Assembly (NCBI GenBank): GCA_038087875.1
Contig: CM075983.1
Coordinates: 16,926,001 to 16,990,000 of the forward strand
Reading direction: 5' to 3'
Source of the DNA: Malacoraja senta
Lineage: Eukaryota
DNA: 64,000 nt
A program made the position numbers and the translations under genes. The notes under the pieces are model-generated. The model made no database searches. It was not told where the DNA came from and saw only the letters and a program-made list of their open reading frames with translations. Shown in pieces: positions 11,581 through 24,715 of the stretch; positions within the stretch are counted from its first letter, which is position 1, and each line of letters starts with the position of its first letter.

Positions 11581-12502
11581 GAGGGATATGGGCCAACGGC
11601 AGGCAGGTGGGACGAGCGTAGATGGGGCATGTTGATTAGCGTTGGGCTGATGGGCCTGTTTCTTTGCGGTGTGACTCTAAACAGGCAATGTAGCAAAAAC
11701 TGGCAAATATTGTGTACCCTGATACAAAACAATTTTGTAAAGGTGGGAATTTCCCATGCTTATAAATATTGTGTAGTTCTTACCTTGGCCTGCCTTGTTA
11801 CCTCTACTGGGCTATTTTCCCAGGAAGTCTTCACCCACTTGCCAGAGGGGGAAAAAAATCCTCCTCCTGGTAAGTGCCCTCTTGAGAACTGCAGAGTTAT
11901 TGTTTAAACACCTTCTCTCTCAACTTTTAGCCGCTACCTGCACTTTACAGATTGGGAGCTATGGCTGAAATAGCGATAATGCATCAGTGCATTTAGAGGT
12001 GTTGATTGCCTGTACATGAGTCACAGGCGTTCCATTTCCTGTATCTTAATTGGCATGCTTCAAGTAATGAAAACAGCTTGTTCACAGCAGCTCATGCCTC
12101 TGGCTGACATCATCAGACATGTATATTCGGCACTTTGCCCATTTTTTTGCACTAGTTGAATTTAGCACCAATTGTCTTTTTGCATTTGAGTTCCTTAATT
12201 AATTATTTTCACTTGAATGGTTATTTTTGAATTTGCTACATTAAAAAAACCATTAGGTGCCCTCTCCCCCTCTGTCACTCTCTTCCATATCCTGTTCCTT
12301 TGTCATCCAGCTGGTTATAGAAATAGCAAATACACATTTAAAGGTAGTATTCCTGTCAAATCTTATTTGGTTTTAAATTTCACAGTCCATTAATAACCAA
12401 ATAATTGAAATTATTTGATAAAACAAATAGCAGAGGAGCATATTTAACTGCACCTGGAAATTTAAAAAAAAATTTTTTAACGGCACCTGACTCGTAAGTA
12501 CT

Positions 12503-12830
12503 TTGGGTACATTGTGGTACAATTCAGAGAGCTGCTGCCTCATAGTTCCAGAGATCCAGGTTCAATACAGATCTCTATTGCAGTCTGGGTGGAATTTTGA
12601 CATTCTCCCAGTGATTTTGTGCGTTTCTTCCATGTGCTCTTGTTTCTTCCCACATCTCAAAGACATGAGGGTAGGTGGGTTAATTAGCCATCCTAGTGCT
12701 CCCTTGCCGTAGTTAAGTGGTAAATCTAGAGGGAATTGATGAGAGTGCGTGGGGAACGGGGAAGATTGGTGGGGAATGGGATTGCTCTATGAGCCAGCAT
12801 AGATATAATGAGCTGAATGGCCTTATATTA
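12503..12830 (+). mobile_element. Old tRNA-derived SINE
   Basis: Diverged copy of the 1171-1424 SINE head and body. Confidence 0.65.
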
Positions 12831-14369
12831 TGAGAATATGGAAAGATAAATATATAACACTGGGTGTCCATGTGCTTTGGGCAATGGAAAGCTTAGCATG
12901 TTGATGCATGAGGGCTTCTGATAGGAACAGGTAAAAACCAGCCTGTGGTGCTTGGGCGAAGAACACAGACCCCTGTACCCCAGCTATAATCCAATACTAC
13001 AGTATTCATTCTAATTATTTTTGCCCACAAACTCAACAGGCACACCACATATAATAGCCCAGCCCTGAATCTGGCCAACCTGATACCTCTTGGGGCATCC
13101 CCATTGATCATCCCCAAAATCCATTCCCTTTTCTTCTCTACATTCACCATTGTCTATTCACAATATAACCACCTCACCAAATGGGAAAGAGTCCAAAAGT
13201 AAGGGAAGCATATATTTCCAAATTTCCTCACTAATAAATCTTTCTTTTATTCCCTCTCCGAACCTTCCACAAATCTCAGGATCATAATTAGTTCTGCAGG
13301 CTGAAGACATGCATTAAGTTTCAAAGTTAATCTTCTTCCTGCCTGCACATAGACGGCTACATTCTTAAAATTGCTGATAGTGTAATTAGAGTCTTGGAAT
13401 AGTATGTATCAGCTTCAATCCAAGACATTTGAATAAAAGCTTCAATATGTACTCAAGTACATGAAGAAGAAAAAATACAGCTATATTTAATCAGTATTTC
13501 ATTGGTATGTATTTTCTTTTCTTACAAGGTCATTCAGCCTATTATACCTATGCTGAATTTCAGAGCATTCCCATCAGTCCATTCCTTCAGTTGTATTTGT
13601 CTGTCAATTCCCCCTTAATTCTCCTGCTCTTTTTATCCATACAAGGTGTGAATTAGAGTAGTTGGTTAATTTACCAGCACGTCTTTTGGATTGAAAAGAA
13701 CCAGTCCACCCAGGGATGCAGTTAGAATATGAAAACAATACACAGACGGCAGCTAAAGTCAGAATAAAACGTGGGCTATGAGAGCTTTCCACCATCAATG
13801 CAAACTGCTGCACCGCTCTACCACAAGCAGCAGTTCAAGAAGGCATTTACATGTATGTAGTACCTATTACAATCTCAGCATGTTCCAAAGCACTTTAAAG
13901 CCTGTTACTTTTGTCTTAAGGGTGATCCGTGTACAACAGACTAAATGCAGAGCCAACCCTAGTGAACAGTGAGATTGTGGCCAAATGAATTTTTCCAATG
14001 ATGTTGCATGAGAGAATCAAAATAGGCAAGGACATCAGAGAGGACTTGCATGTTATTTTTCAAAAAACTTTAGTGGACCTGGAGAAGGTAGCCAAAGCCT
14101 CAGATGGAGCACTCATCAAAAAAGGTTGACCTTGATCCTGCATGGAAACATCATCATGGGTTATATGCTCAAATCTTCAAATCTCAGGAGCAGGGCTTGA
14201 AGCCATAACCAAAGATTATGGAATGTGCGAAAATGTTATCACTAAGCTGGTCGATGTCAACAGACTTCGACAAATGACTGCAATTCAATTCAGGTGCATT
14301 TCCACTCTGAAGGGTTTCTACGCTGTCACCAAGGTGTTTGGTGCAAGACTTCATCACCTTTTAGATTTT

Positions 14370-14515
14370 TAGTCTAGTTTAGAGATACAGCATGAAAACA
14401 GGCACTTCGGCCCATCGAGTCCACACCAACCCCCACACATTAACACTATCCTACACACACTAGGGACAATTTCACTTTCATACCAATTCAATTAATCTAC
14501 AAACCTGTACGTCTA
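14370..14515 (-). mobile_element. tRNA-SINE 3' half
   Basis: (TTTAG)n tail and ACACTATCCTACACACACTAGGGACAATTT core shared with 38490-38740 and 39985-40410. Confidence 0.75.
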
Positions 14516-14548
14516 TTGTGTTCAGTTTTCCTTGACATTGTTTTATTA

Positions 14549-15321
14549 AGCACCTGTCCCACTTACTCGACTTTTCAGCGGACTGTCTGCAACCTTCAAG
14601 CTCGGGGGCACTTGCCTGAAAAAACGCACTTGCCTGAAAAAACTGGAACGACCATCAGCACGGAAAACACACACACACACAGCAAAGGCAGGGGCCAGGG
14701 AAAGCGGGGGACGCTGTCTGAAATTCACACGGTGCAAAGCCAAGGTGATGCCCGCGATGAACAGGAAGGTTAAAGATTGCTAGCACAGTGCACGGTAAGT
14801 TCTTTAAAAGAGCGGGTGGTGGGGAGGGGGGAAGGAGGGGGGTGGGGGGCAGAAGGAGTGGAGACACTTTTAAGAAGCCAGACAACTTTTAAGCCAGAGA
14901 TACACAGCTGTGAAGTTTAGCGGGCATTTAACATTACCGGTCGGCTTTCCTTGGTTCTGAAAACTCGTGCTTACACTTTTGTTTCCTCAATGAGCCAATT
15001 AAAATGCCCAGTCAGCAAAGGAGATTTCCTACGGCTACCTTGACTACCTACAACAACATGGCAACCCGACTACCACTGCACTCCGACTTCAAAAGTATCG
15101 ATTTTCTCCATGCCGACCAATTTTTGGTCGCGGAAAATGTTTCAACATGTTGAAACATTTTGCGCGACCATACTGAGGCCGCGAATAGTTACCACCATGT
15201 GGGAACTCCTCTCGACCATGAAGGATACTCACCAGAGACCACCTACGAACATGTGGTGACCATGTGGCCAGCGCAGAGTCTCCTGAACTCGCAAATAAGG
15301 TCGCCTAAGTGGACAGGCCCT
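14549..15321. mobile_element. PIF/Harbinger-type MITE
   Basis: Ends AGCACCTGTCCCACTTA / TAAGTGGACAGGCCCT, TTA TSD on both sides. Confidence 0.8.
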
Positions 15322-17669
15322 TTAAGATGCCACGTACATACACTTTTCATTTGCAACTATGAAAGAACAGAATTAAAACCAAATGACTGATGATGATGGG
15401 CCTGAGGCAGCAACGCAAAGGGGACAAGTCAAACTGAATGCATTTGTCAAAGGAGAAGAAATATTTGTTGTCGTGTTTGTAGCAACAATGATGTCAAGCA
15501 CTGGACAATTCTAAGTTCAAAGCCAACACTGAAGAAGTGAGAAAATACCAAATGAGATGTCTGAGGTTTTTAGGTCTTTTGATTGACCCAGTTTCCTGAT
15601 TTATTATTCACAATTTTCCACTATCTTCGCAAAACAAATGTAATCAATGCCTGCATTTTTAGAATAGGTTTCACTCAATGATGATAACAAAACTCTATTT
15701 GTCACTTTTTACGAATGTATGATTTGAGCGAGTATCATGTAAATGCTGAATATTGCAGAGTTTATAGTGAGAAGGAAAGACGAGAGCACACAAGTGCAAT
15801 CCTATGACATGGAAGGTGGAAATCAATTATACTCCATTTTATGAGCAGGAGCAGATTAGTCTGCTTAATGCAAGTATTATTCTGCTCCTGAGTTGAATTG
15901 CTCCATAAGAGCTGCAATGTTTAAATGCTGTTAACACTCGGCAAATTCATTCAGGATTCAATTGCTATTTGAGATAAATGCTGGGAGAGATTTTTTTAAT
16001 TTGCATTTTTTTTTAATTGATTAGTTAAAATTGATGATAGAGCATAGTACATTTTGATTCTGATGTTTTCTGCTTATTCAGTTTCTTTGCATAGTCATAG
16101 TAACATTATGATTCAGCTGCTTCTATTCTACACTAGGAGCAACATTTCATTGAACAAGACAAATATGTTCACAATCTTTTCCTCAAAAGGAATTCTACAG
16201 GTGTTGGCCCCATTCTATAATGCAAAAGAGTTCTGTACTTATGCACTTTAGAAGGAAATTGCCCAACCAGTATTTCATGCTAAGTATTGAATAACCTTGC
16301 AGTACTTGCTTCTTAGACTTCCCTTAGCCATTCTGATTGACCTTTAATTGCTCCATTTAAAGCTGGATATGAAGGCACATCAGTACATTTGGTACTATTC
16401 ATTTCTTCAAAGATTGGAAGCAGATTAGGTTGAAAATGAAGGCCATTGTCAGAAATGAGCTCTTCAGGTAAACCATGACATGCTCAATTGATCTGTGGCA
16501 TATTCGGTTTGTGAAGCAGGAACCTGGTGTCTTTATCATTAGGAAGAAATTGCCATGGTCTGCTCACTTCCATCAGTTTTCACAAGCTTACCTTTTTTTT
16601 TACTAGCCTATTCAATTGTACTATTTCAATCTTGCGGGACTAGACTGGATTGCAATGGGGCAGCTTTGCACTTGGTCTGATGTGAATGTGTACATTATGC
16701 CCAGTTATGCCAGTGAAGCTGTGTCTAAGAAAATTGTCAAATCTTTCCATCAATGTGTTAAGGTGCACCTTTGAAGCGTGAGCACTAAAAACATTCTTCC
16801 TGACTAGTTTGAGTTGTCTCAATCAATCCTTTGCCATTAAGGTTGACCTGTTTTCCCAGTTTGCTGTCATGATGGGTAGCTATACTTGCTGTCCTTTGTG
16901 TTGTACTATCCATTCCATTTACTCTAAGATTTGTAATAATCAATAGCATAGGTTTTTAGTGCTTTCCATCAATAGTATATGGCAGTACTTCCCACATTCC
17001 CAGTAATTCACAGGTCAGCAAGACTGGTTGTTAACCAACATTCTTACTTGTAAGTCTGTGTTGCTGCTTGTGACATAGATTCTGTACTCGAGCAGGAGCA
17101 GTCATATATCATCATTCCAAAGCACTGTTAAACCTCTGGTGAGCTTTCACAGATCGTGGGGCAAATGCAATGAACAGTCCAGCACAAATATAGCAAGAAA
17201 ACCTACCCATCATCAGAAAACTATGATAACAGTCAGTTTACTCATTGACCAAAGCACACACTCGGCATCCACAAGACAAAATTCCTAATGACATGCCTCA
17301 TTGTATAAAACAGGTGAAAGAGGCAAACTTTAAAAGGGAAGTGCGAGGCAAGGTTTTTTTACACAGTGCTAGGAGTGGTGGTGAAGACAGATACTATTGT
17401 GGTGTTAAAGAGGCTTTTAGATAGAAACATGGATGTGTAGGCAATGGGATGATATGGATCATGTGCAGGCTGATAAGTGTAGGTCATCTTAACAATATGT
17501 GCAGCACAGGCATTGTGGACCCAAGGGCCTATTCCTGTGCTGTACTTTTCTACGTTCTATGCGTGCTGACAATAAGGATAAACGGTGAGACCCTGGAAAC
17601 AACAGCTGCCTTGTATATCTTAGGAGCATGTTCTCAGCTAAGACAATAATCAAATTCATCAGCATCACA

Positions 17670-18010
17670 GTCATGAGAGGAATAGATCAGGTAGATTCAC
17701 AGAGTCTCTTGCCCAGTCAAATCGAGGACCAGAGGACATAGGTTTATGGTGAAGGGGGAAAGATTTAATAGGAATCTGAGGGGTAACCTTTTCACACAAA
17801 GGTTGGTGGGTGTATGGAACGAGCTGCCAGAGGAGGTAATTGAGGCAGGGACTTTCCCAACATTTAAGAAGCAGTTAAACAGGTACATGGATAGGACAGG
17901 CTTGGAGGAATATGGACCAAACACGGGCAGGTGGGACTAGTGTAGCTGGGATATGTTGGCTGGTGTGGGTAAGTTGGGCCGAAGGGCCTGTTTCCACACT
18001 GTATCACTCT
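17670..18010 (+). mobile_element. CR1-type LINE 3' fragment
   Basis: GERFNRNLRGNLFTQRLVGVWNELPEEV..FKKQLNRYM followed by the conserved 3' UTR. Confidence 0.85.
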
Positions 18011-19479
18011 ATCTGCATTGTGCCACAACTGCTGTTGGTCAGTCGAGGGAAAGAGTAGTTGCCAGGAGGGAGCAGTCCTTCTTTTCCTGCCCATTTGTTT
18101 GTTGGAAAGCATGTTGGACCTGGCAGCACCCACTTCCTTTCAGCTGCCTTGGTTACCAAACATGGGAAACCAGGTCCGCTGTTATTAAAATGATTTCCGA
18201 TTGGGGATTGCAGCCTCATTAACAAAATTAATTCACACTGGCTTTCGATGAAGAGGTTTTTGCAGGACCCAGAGTAGGTCCACAGCTAGCCAGGGTCATG
18301 TTTCACACCATTATTGGCCGAGTAAGCACACAGGTGGCAGCTGAAATAATTATGATGTAATACACTGGCAGAAAGAGTAAGAACAAAATGTACAAAATTA
18401 ATATATATAAAAAATGTGCAGGAAAAAGGAACCTGTATATGAGTGTACTTATCTTTCATCTTATCTTTGAAAGTGAAAATGTATTTTGAGAAGATTATGA
18501 ATACTAGTGAAAGCCTGAGATTCATATCAAGAGGCATCAAATGCAAATGCAGGGATGTTATGGTGAAGCATTGTAAAACACTGTTTAAGCCACAGCTGAG
18601 CTCAACACTATAATTCAGCTTGCTGGATGTAAAGAAGGATGTGAAGTTCTTGTAAGGGATATTGAAAAAAAATCCTTTGAAAGGCTCCAGGTATCAGGGA
18701 TTTCAACTTTTAGATTGGACTGGAGAATTATGGTTATTCTCCCTAGAGCAAAGAAGATAGAGAGGAGATTTGGTAGTGAACAAGAATATGACTGTTTTAA
18801 ATGTGGTAAATAGGGGTATGCAGTACTCATTAGTGGATAGCTCAAGAACCAAAGGACACGGGACAGACACATTTGATGAAAAGGTGCAGCTGCAAGAAAC
18901 CAATCCTAAAAGCTATGAAAAAAATTGTAGACCCTCAAGAAGGGATTGGATGAGACTTGACCAGAAGCTGTTCCAATAAATACATTTTCACATAAAAGAT
19001 GGGAATCATGTTTTGAAGGTTGGGCCACATAGGCATGGCTTCCAATGCTAGATCAAGATAGTGTCTGCAATGTTTGAGGTCTGCTATGACATTCCTGAAA
19101 GATTCGTCAGGTCTTTAAGCATGGGTCAAGTTTAGATTAATCACGCAATGTTTTAATTTTAACGAGATATAGCATGGAAAAAGGCCTTCAGTCCACTGGA
19201 TTTTGTCAGAAGGCTCAGGAATGGAGAGGACTTGAATGTAGGCACATCAAGTCAAGTCCAGGAGAAAACCAAAATCCAACGCGACCGTAGCCGACTGAAT
19301 ACAGAACTGATTAGTCATGGAGTGAATGTAGATAGTGGGCATATAACCCTTGACTGATGAGGGGAGCAGAGTGAAACTCCTGATTAGATCAGGGGAGGAA
19401 TGTGGAGAGAGTCTCAATTATCTGGAGGCGGGGCAGGTGCGACAGGAGCCCCCCCTCCCACGGATGCCTCCTGGCGTCC

Positions 19480-22400
19480 TCCTAGGCTGATCCGGATGCT
19501 GTTAATGAAAACCATGGATGAGGAAAGGCTCCAGGATGTCACGGGCAGGAACCCAGCTCCTCTCCTCTGGTCCGTAGCCCTCCCAATCAATCCGGTACTG
19601 GATCCCTCTGCCATGCCGCCGGGACTTCAGCAGTCACTTCACCGTGTACGCATGAGCACCATCAATGATGTGGGGTGGCGGAGGTAGCAGAGGAGCAGGA
19701 GACGGGGAGTTGGAAGACACAGACTTAAGGTGGGGTGAATACGCGTAGACCGGGGCAGTCTAAGGTGGACAGCAGAGCGGTTGATGACAGTGAATGGACA
19801 AATAAACCAGGGTGCCAACTTACGGGACTCAACGCGGAGGGGGCGGTCTCGGGTGGACTCCATACCATCTGCCCAGGGTGGTAGCGAGGGGCAGGGGTCC
19901 GGTGACGATTCGCCTGTCGTTTATACCTGGATCGGTGCGGAGCGGGGCAGAACGGGCCTCCCTCCAGGTCCGATGACCGCGGTGCACAAACTCCTGGGCA
20001 GAGGGAACGGAGACCTCCTGGGAACAGAGGTGGCTGACAACCTAGGGAACAGTGGAATGGAGGCAGAACTGGGCAGGGAATTGTGGGCATATTCAATTAG
20101 CACCAACTTACTAGGGTGATCTCCAGGTCCTGGTTGGCTCTCTCCGACTGGCCATTAGATTGTGGATGGAACCCAGGTGAGAGGCTGATGGAGGAGCCTA
20201 CCAGGGAGCAGAAAGCCTTCCAGAACTGCGAGGTGAACTGCGGATCCCTGTCTGAGACGATGTCTAAAGGGAAACCATGGAGTCTGGTGACCTGGTTCAC
20301 AATGAGGTGAGCGAGTTCTGGAGCAGATGGGAGCTTGGAAAGAGGAATGAAATGAGCAGCCCTCAACAACGGTTAGAATAACAGTATACCCCTTGGACAG
20401 AGACAAGCCGGTGATGAAGTCCAGGGCAATGTGGGACCAGGGACGGCGGGGAACAGGCAGAGGATGAAGGAGACCAGAGGGAGGCTGACCGGAAGACTTA
20501 CTCTGTGCAAAGGCAGAGCAGGCGGCGATCAAAGACCGGGTGTTGGCCTCCATGGTGGGCCACCAGAACCGTTGGCGCAGCAGGTAGAGGGTGTGGCCGG
20601 CGCCAGGATGACAGGCGAGATTAGAGGTGTGGGCCCACTGGAATACTTCAGAGCGAGTGGAGTTCGAGACAAATAACTTATTGGGCGGTCCAGAACCAGG
20701 ATCGGGGTGATGACGCTACGCATTGCGGACTGTGGTCTCGATCTCTCAGGTGATGGAGCCCACAAGGCAGTTGGGAGGCAGGTTGGGTTCATGAGAATGG
20801 CAGGAGAGGGAGTCGGGCTTGACATTCTTGGACCCAGGGTGGAATGACAAGGTGAAGTTAAACCGGGTGAAAAACGGGGCCCACCGGGCTTGACGGGGGT
20901 TAAGTCGCGTCGCTGAACGCAGGTCCTCCAGGTTCTTGTGGTCCGTCCAGAATTGGAATGGTTGCTCAGTGCCCTCTAACCAATGCCTCCACGCCTCCAA
21001 AGCCAGTTTCACTGCCAGCAGCTCTCTGTTGCCGATGTCATCATTCCTCTCAGCCGGAGAGAGGCGGCGAGAGAAGAAGGCACATGGGTGCATCTTCTGA
21101 TCCTTGGAGGAGCGTTGGGAAAGCACCGCCCAATTCCAACATTAGAGGCATCGACCTCCACCACAAACTGACGGGTCGGGTCAGGATGTTCCAGGATGGG
21201 GGCAGTAGTGAAGCGTTGCTCAAGATCCTGGAATGGCCCCTCAGCATCAGGAGGCCAGGCAAACATGATGGAGGTGGACGTGAGAGCAGTGAGAGGAGCA
21301 GCCAGGATGCTGTAGTTGCGGATAAAGCGTCGGTAGAAATTGGCGAAGCCGAGGAAGTGTTGTAACTCCTTTGTACAGGTAGACTCAGGCAAATCTACCA
21401 CCGCTCTCACCTTTCCTGGATCCATCTCGACATGGCCAGCAGAAAGGATGTATCCCAGGAAGGACACCGTGGGCTGGTGGAACTCACACTGCTCTGCCTT
21501 GACAAACAGCTGCCATAGCCGCCGCAGGACGAGACAGACATGGCGGGTGTGTTCCGATGCAGAGCCAGAGTAGATGAGGATGTCATCCAGGTACATGAAG
21601 ACAAACTGGTTCAGCATGTCATGGAGCACATCATTGACCAGGGCCTGACATCGTTGGTCAGGCCAAAGGGCATTACGAAGTACTCGTGATGCCCGCTGGG
21701 TGTGTTCAAGGCTGTTTCCCACTCGTCTCCTTCCTTGATGCGAACCAAATGGTAGATCCAGCTTAGTGAACATGGTGGCATGCTGCAGGCAGTTGAAGAC
21801 AGAGGAGATGAGTGGCAAGGGATAACTATTCTTGACAGTGATGTAATTCAAGCCTCGATAATCAATGCAAGTGCGAAAGCTGCCATCCTTCTTACTCACA
21901 AAGAAAACTCCCACCCGGCGGGAGAGGAGGATGGACGGATTATACCAGCTCTCAGACACTCAGAAATGTATCTCTCCATGGCGTCGAACTCAGGAGCAGA
22001 GAGTGAGTACAGACGACCACGGGGTAGAGAAGTACTGGATAATAGGTCTACGGCACAATCATAAGGGCGGTGAGGAGGTAAAAAGGTGGCTTCGGACTTG
22101 CAAAAAACCTCTTTCGGTTCATGATACTCGGATGGTACCCTGCACAGGTCAGGATAGTCACTAGGAAGACAAGCGGAGCGAAGACAATTAACGTGACAAT
22201 GTTGCCCCCAAGTGGAGATCTTGCCAGTGGACCAGTCGACAGTGGGGTTGTGAGTTGTCAGCTAAGGCCGACCCAGAACGACTGGAACACGAAGCGAGTT
22301 TAGTAAGAGCAACTGAATGCTCACACGGAGGTTACCATTAACACAGTTCTAGTGGGAGAGTAGTGAGTGAAGTCATACCAATGGTTCTACTCTTCTAGTG

Positions 22401-22640
22401 GGAGAGTAGTGAGTGAAGTCATACCAATGGTTCTACCATCAAGTGCACTGGCTTGGCGGGGCTCTTCTACCCTTACTGTGGCAATCTGGAATTTCCGAGC
22501 TAGAGTGATATCAATGAAGCTATCATCTGCCCCTGAGTGAATGAGTGCATTGAGTTTCACTTATTTCCAATGAGTACAGTGACAAGAGTGAGTCCAGTGG
22601 AAAGAGGAGGGAAAGAAACTTTGCTCACCCATAATCCCTC
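19480..22640 (-). pseudogene. pol: Gypsy pol (PR-RT-RNaseH-IN-chromodomain)
   Basis: ALIHSGA (catalytic D to H), [53 protein letters not shown], chromodomain [18 protein letters not shown]; stops and frameshifts. Confidence 0.93.
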
Positions 22641-23679
22641 TCTAACTGGGGAGCGTTGGCTTTTACTGGGCAGGCAGCGATGAAATGTCCGGAACCTCCA
22701 CAGTAGAGACAACTCCCCCCCGTATGCATCTCAGGCGCTCGGCCTTGCTCAGCCTGGTGCAGCCGATCTGCATAGGCTCCCCCTCCACTGGATCAGGGCC
22801 GGAATTTTTGAGGCTTCTTGCTTCAGAGGGAAGTGGAACAATAGGCTCACTACGACGGGAAGAGTGTGAAGGGTTAGGTGACTGATAAAGAGCTGCTGAT
22901 AGCCAGGCTTGGTTTGTCTCTCGGAGCCAGTTATCTAACCAATGGTTACATCAATCAGCGAGTCCAGACCAGAGGGGAGGTCACGAGAGAACAACTCATC
23001 CTTCGGGTTCTCGTTGAGGCCATGAATGAAGGCACTGAGCAGAGCGGTATCGCACCAACCGCTCTCTATAGCCGTGGTCCGAAAGTCAATGGCGTAATCA
23101 GCAACCGAGCATGCCCTCCGGCAGAGATGCAGCATCCTCTGGACTGCCTCTCTTCTGACTAAAGGGTGGTCGAAAATCCTACTCAGCTCAGCCGAAAAAT
23201 GGCCAACGTCCTGACAGAAATCAAGCTCTCTCCCAGGCAGCTGTACCCCAGGCTGAAGCATGTCCTCCTGACAGCAGGGAGATGGCATAGGCAACCTTGG
23301 AGCATTCAGTGCTGAAGCAGGACGGTCGTAGCTCAAAAACCAAGCAGCACTGGGACAAAAAGACCTGCAGGTAGTTGGATCGCCATGGTACCTCTCCGTG
23401 GTGGGAAGAACTGGTTCCTTAATGGACTGGATAAGGCGGAGCGGCAGCAGCGGAGTTGGGAGGATCTGGCGGCAGTGCGAAGTGTACCAGGAGCTGGTTG
23501 ACACTGGTTATTAACTGCTGGACGGTATTAGTAAGTTGGTCTATTCGAGCCTCATGGGCGCCGAGGGTGGAGCCTTGGTGTTGAACGGCCCTGCGTAAAT
23601 GAGCCAATAAATCCTCAATATCGGGATTGAGTGCGCCCAAACTCTGGTCAGGCTGACCAGGATTGCCTGCTGAGTCCAT
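22640..23679 (-). pseudogene. gag: Gypsy gag with CCHC zinc knuckle
   Basis: MDSAG... start just after the PBS; SVADYAIDFRTTAIESGW..ALLSAFIHGLNE; CLYCGGSGHFIAACP; frameshifts. Confidence 0.9.
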
Positions 23680-24219
23680 ACTGGCCGACTAATCCATCAG
23701 AAGGCTCAGGAATGGAGAGGACTCATATGCAGGCACACCAAAGACAAGTCCAGGAGAAAATCAAAATGCAAACGTAACTGACTGAATACAAAACTGATTA
23801 GTCGGCAGGATGTGAATGTAGATAGCAGGCATATAATCCTTGACTGATGAGGGGAGCAGAGTGAATGCAGGTGTAACTCATGATTAGATCAGGGGAAGAA
23901 TGTGGAGAAAGTCTCAATTGTCTGGAGGTGTGGCAGGTGGGACAGAATTTTGTCCTAACCTAATTCTAACTATAACCCCCAGGATGTTGACAAATGAGGG
24001 ATCCAATAATAGTCATTATGCCAAGGAGCAGTGGTTGGACTTTAATGTGTTGGAGCTGATCTTTGTCTTGCACCTTTATGATGTAAACATTACTTATTTA
24101 TCAAACCAAGTCTCAGTATTATCCAAGTTATGCTGCATTAATGCACCATGGAATTGCAAATGAAACTGAGAGCTATATAATCATTAGTGGGCATCTCTAC
24201 TTTTGATGATAAAATAACT

Positions 24220-24353
24220 TCTTCTTGCGTATGGCATGCCCAGTCCAAAGTTGTAAGAAAGCTTGTTCTGTTTGATCTTCTGTTAGTGCATGCCAGGTTG
24301 ATTGCATTCGTCAAAACAGGGTGGACCACATGAAGGTTGCAATCTCCCACCCC
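24220..24353 (-). mobile_element. Short non-autonomous retroposon (Ingi/Vingi-like) with a 5' HDV-like ribozyme
   Basis: TSD ATAAAATAACT (24209-24219/24354-24364), (GAA)n tail, second copy at 37189-37328. Confidence 0.85.
24300..24353 (-). ncRNA. Minimal HDV-like self-cleaving ribozyme
   Basis: GGGGTGG-GA-GATTGCA-ACC-TTCATGT-GGT-CCACCCT-GTTTTGA-CGAA-TGCAATC gives P1 (7 bp, G.U at position 1), P2 (7 bp), P3 (3 bp), L3 and J4/2 with the catalytic C. Confidence 0.8.
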
Positions 24354-24384
24354 ATAAAATAACTGACGACAGTTGAGCTCAGTA

Positions 24385-24715
24385 CACTGACTGACTCCCC
24401 TCTCCCATCAGGCAACAGGTATAGAAGTATGAAAACACACATCAGATTCAGGGACAGTTTTTTCTCAGCTGTTGTCAGGCAACTGAATCATCCTCCCACA
24501 ACTAGAGAGCTGTCCTGAACTATCTACCTCATTGATGACCCTCGGACTGTCTTTGACCAGATTTTACCTTGCATTTAAAGTCATTCCCTTATCATGTATC
24601 TATACACTGTAAATGGCTCGATTGTAATCATTTATTGTCTTTCCGCTGACTAGTTAGCACCCAACAACAGCTTTTCACTGAACCTCAGTACATGTGACAA
24701 TAAACTAAACTGACT
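24385..24715 (+). mobile_element. Rex1/Babar-like LINE 3' fragment
   Basis: SPLPSGNRYRSMKT..RFRDSFFSAVVRQLN followed by a GTGACAATAAACTAAACT tail. Confidence 0.75.

Larger units (their letters stand above)
19204..23944 (-). mobile_element. Ty3/Gypsy chromovirus LTR retrotransposon (Tf1/sushi group), full-length but decayed
   Basis: LTRs 19204-19444 and 23695-23944, PPT GGGAGGGGGGGCTCC (19445-19459), near-match 5-bp TSD (GATTT/GAATT), domain order gag-CCHC-PR-RT-RH-IN-chromo. Confidence 0.95.

Noticed and set aside
22345-22440. ~46-bp tandem duplication in the Gypsy protease region
   Set aside because: Ordinary post-insertion slippage in a dead element.
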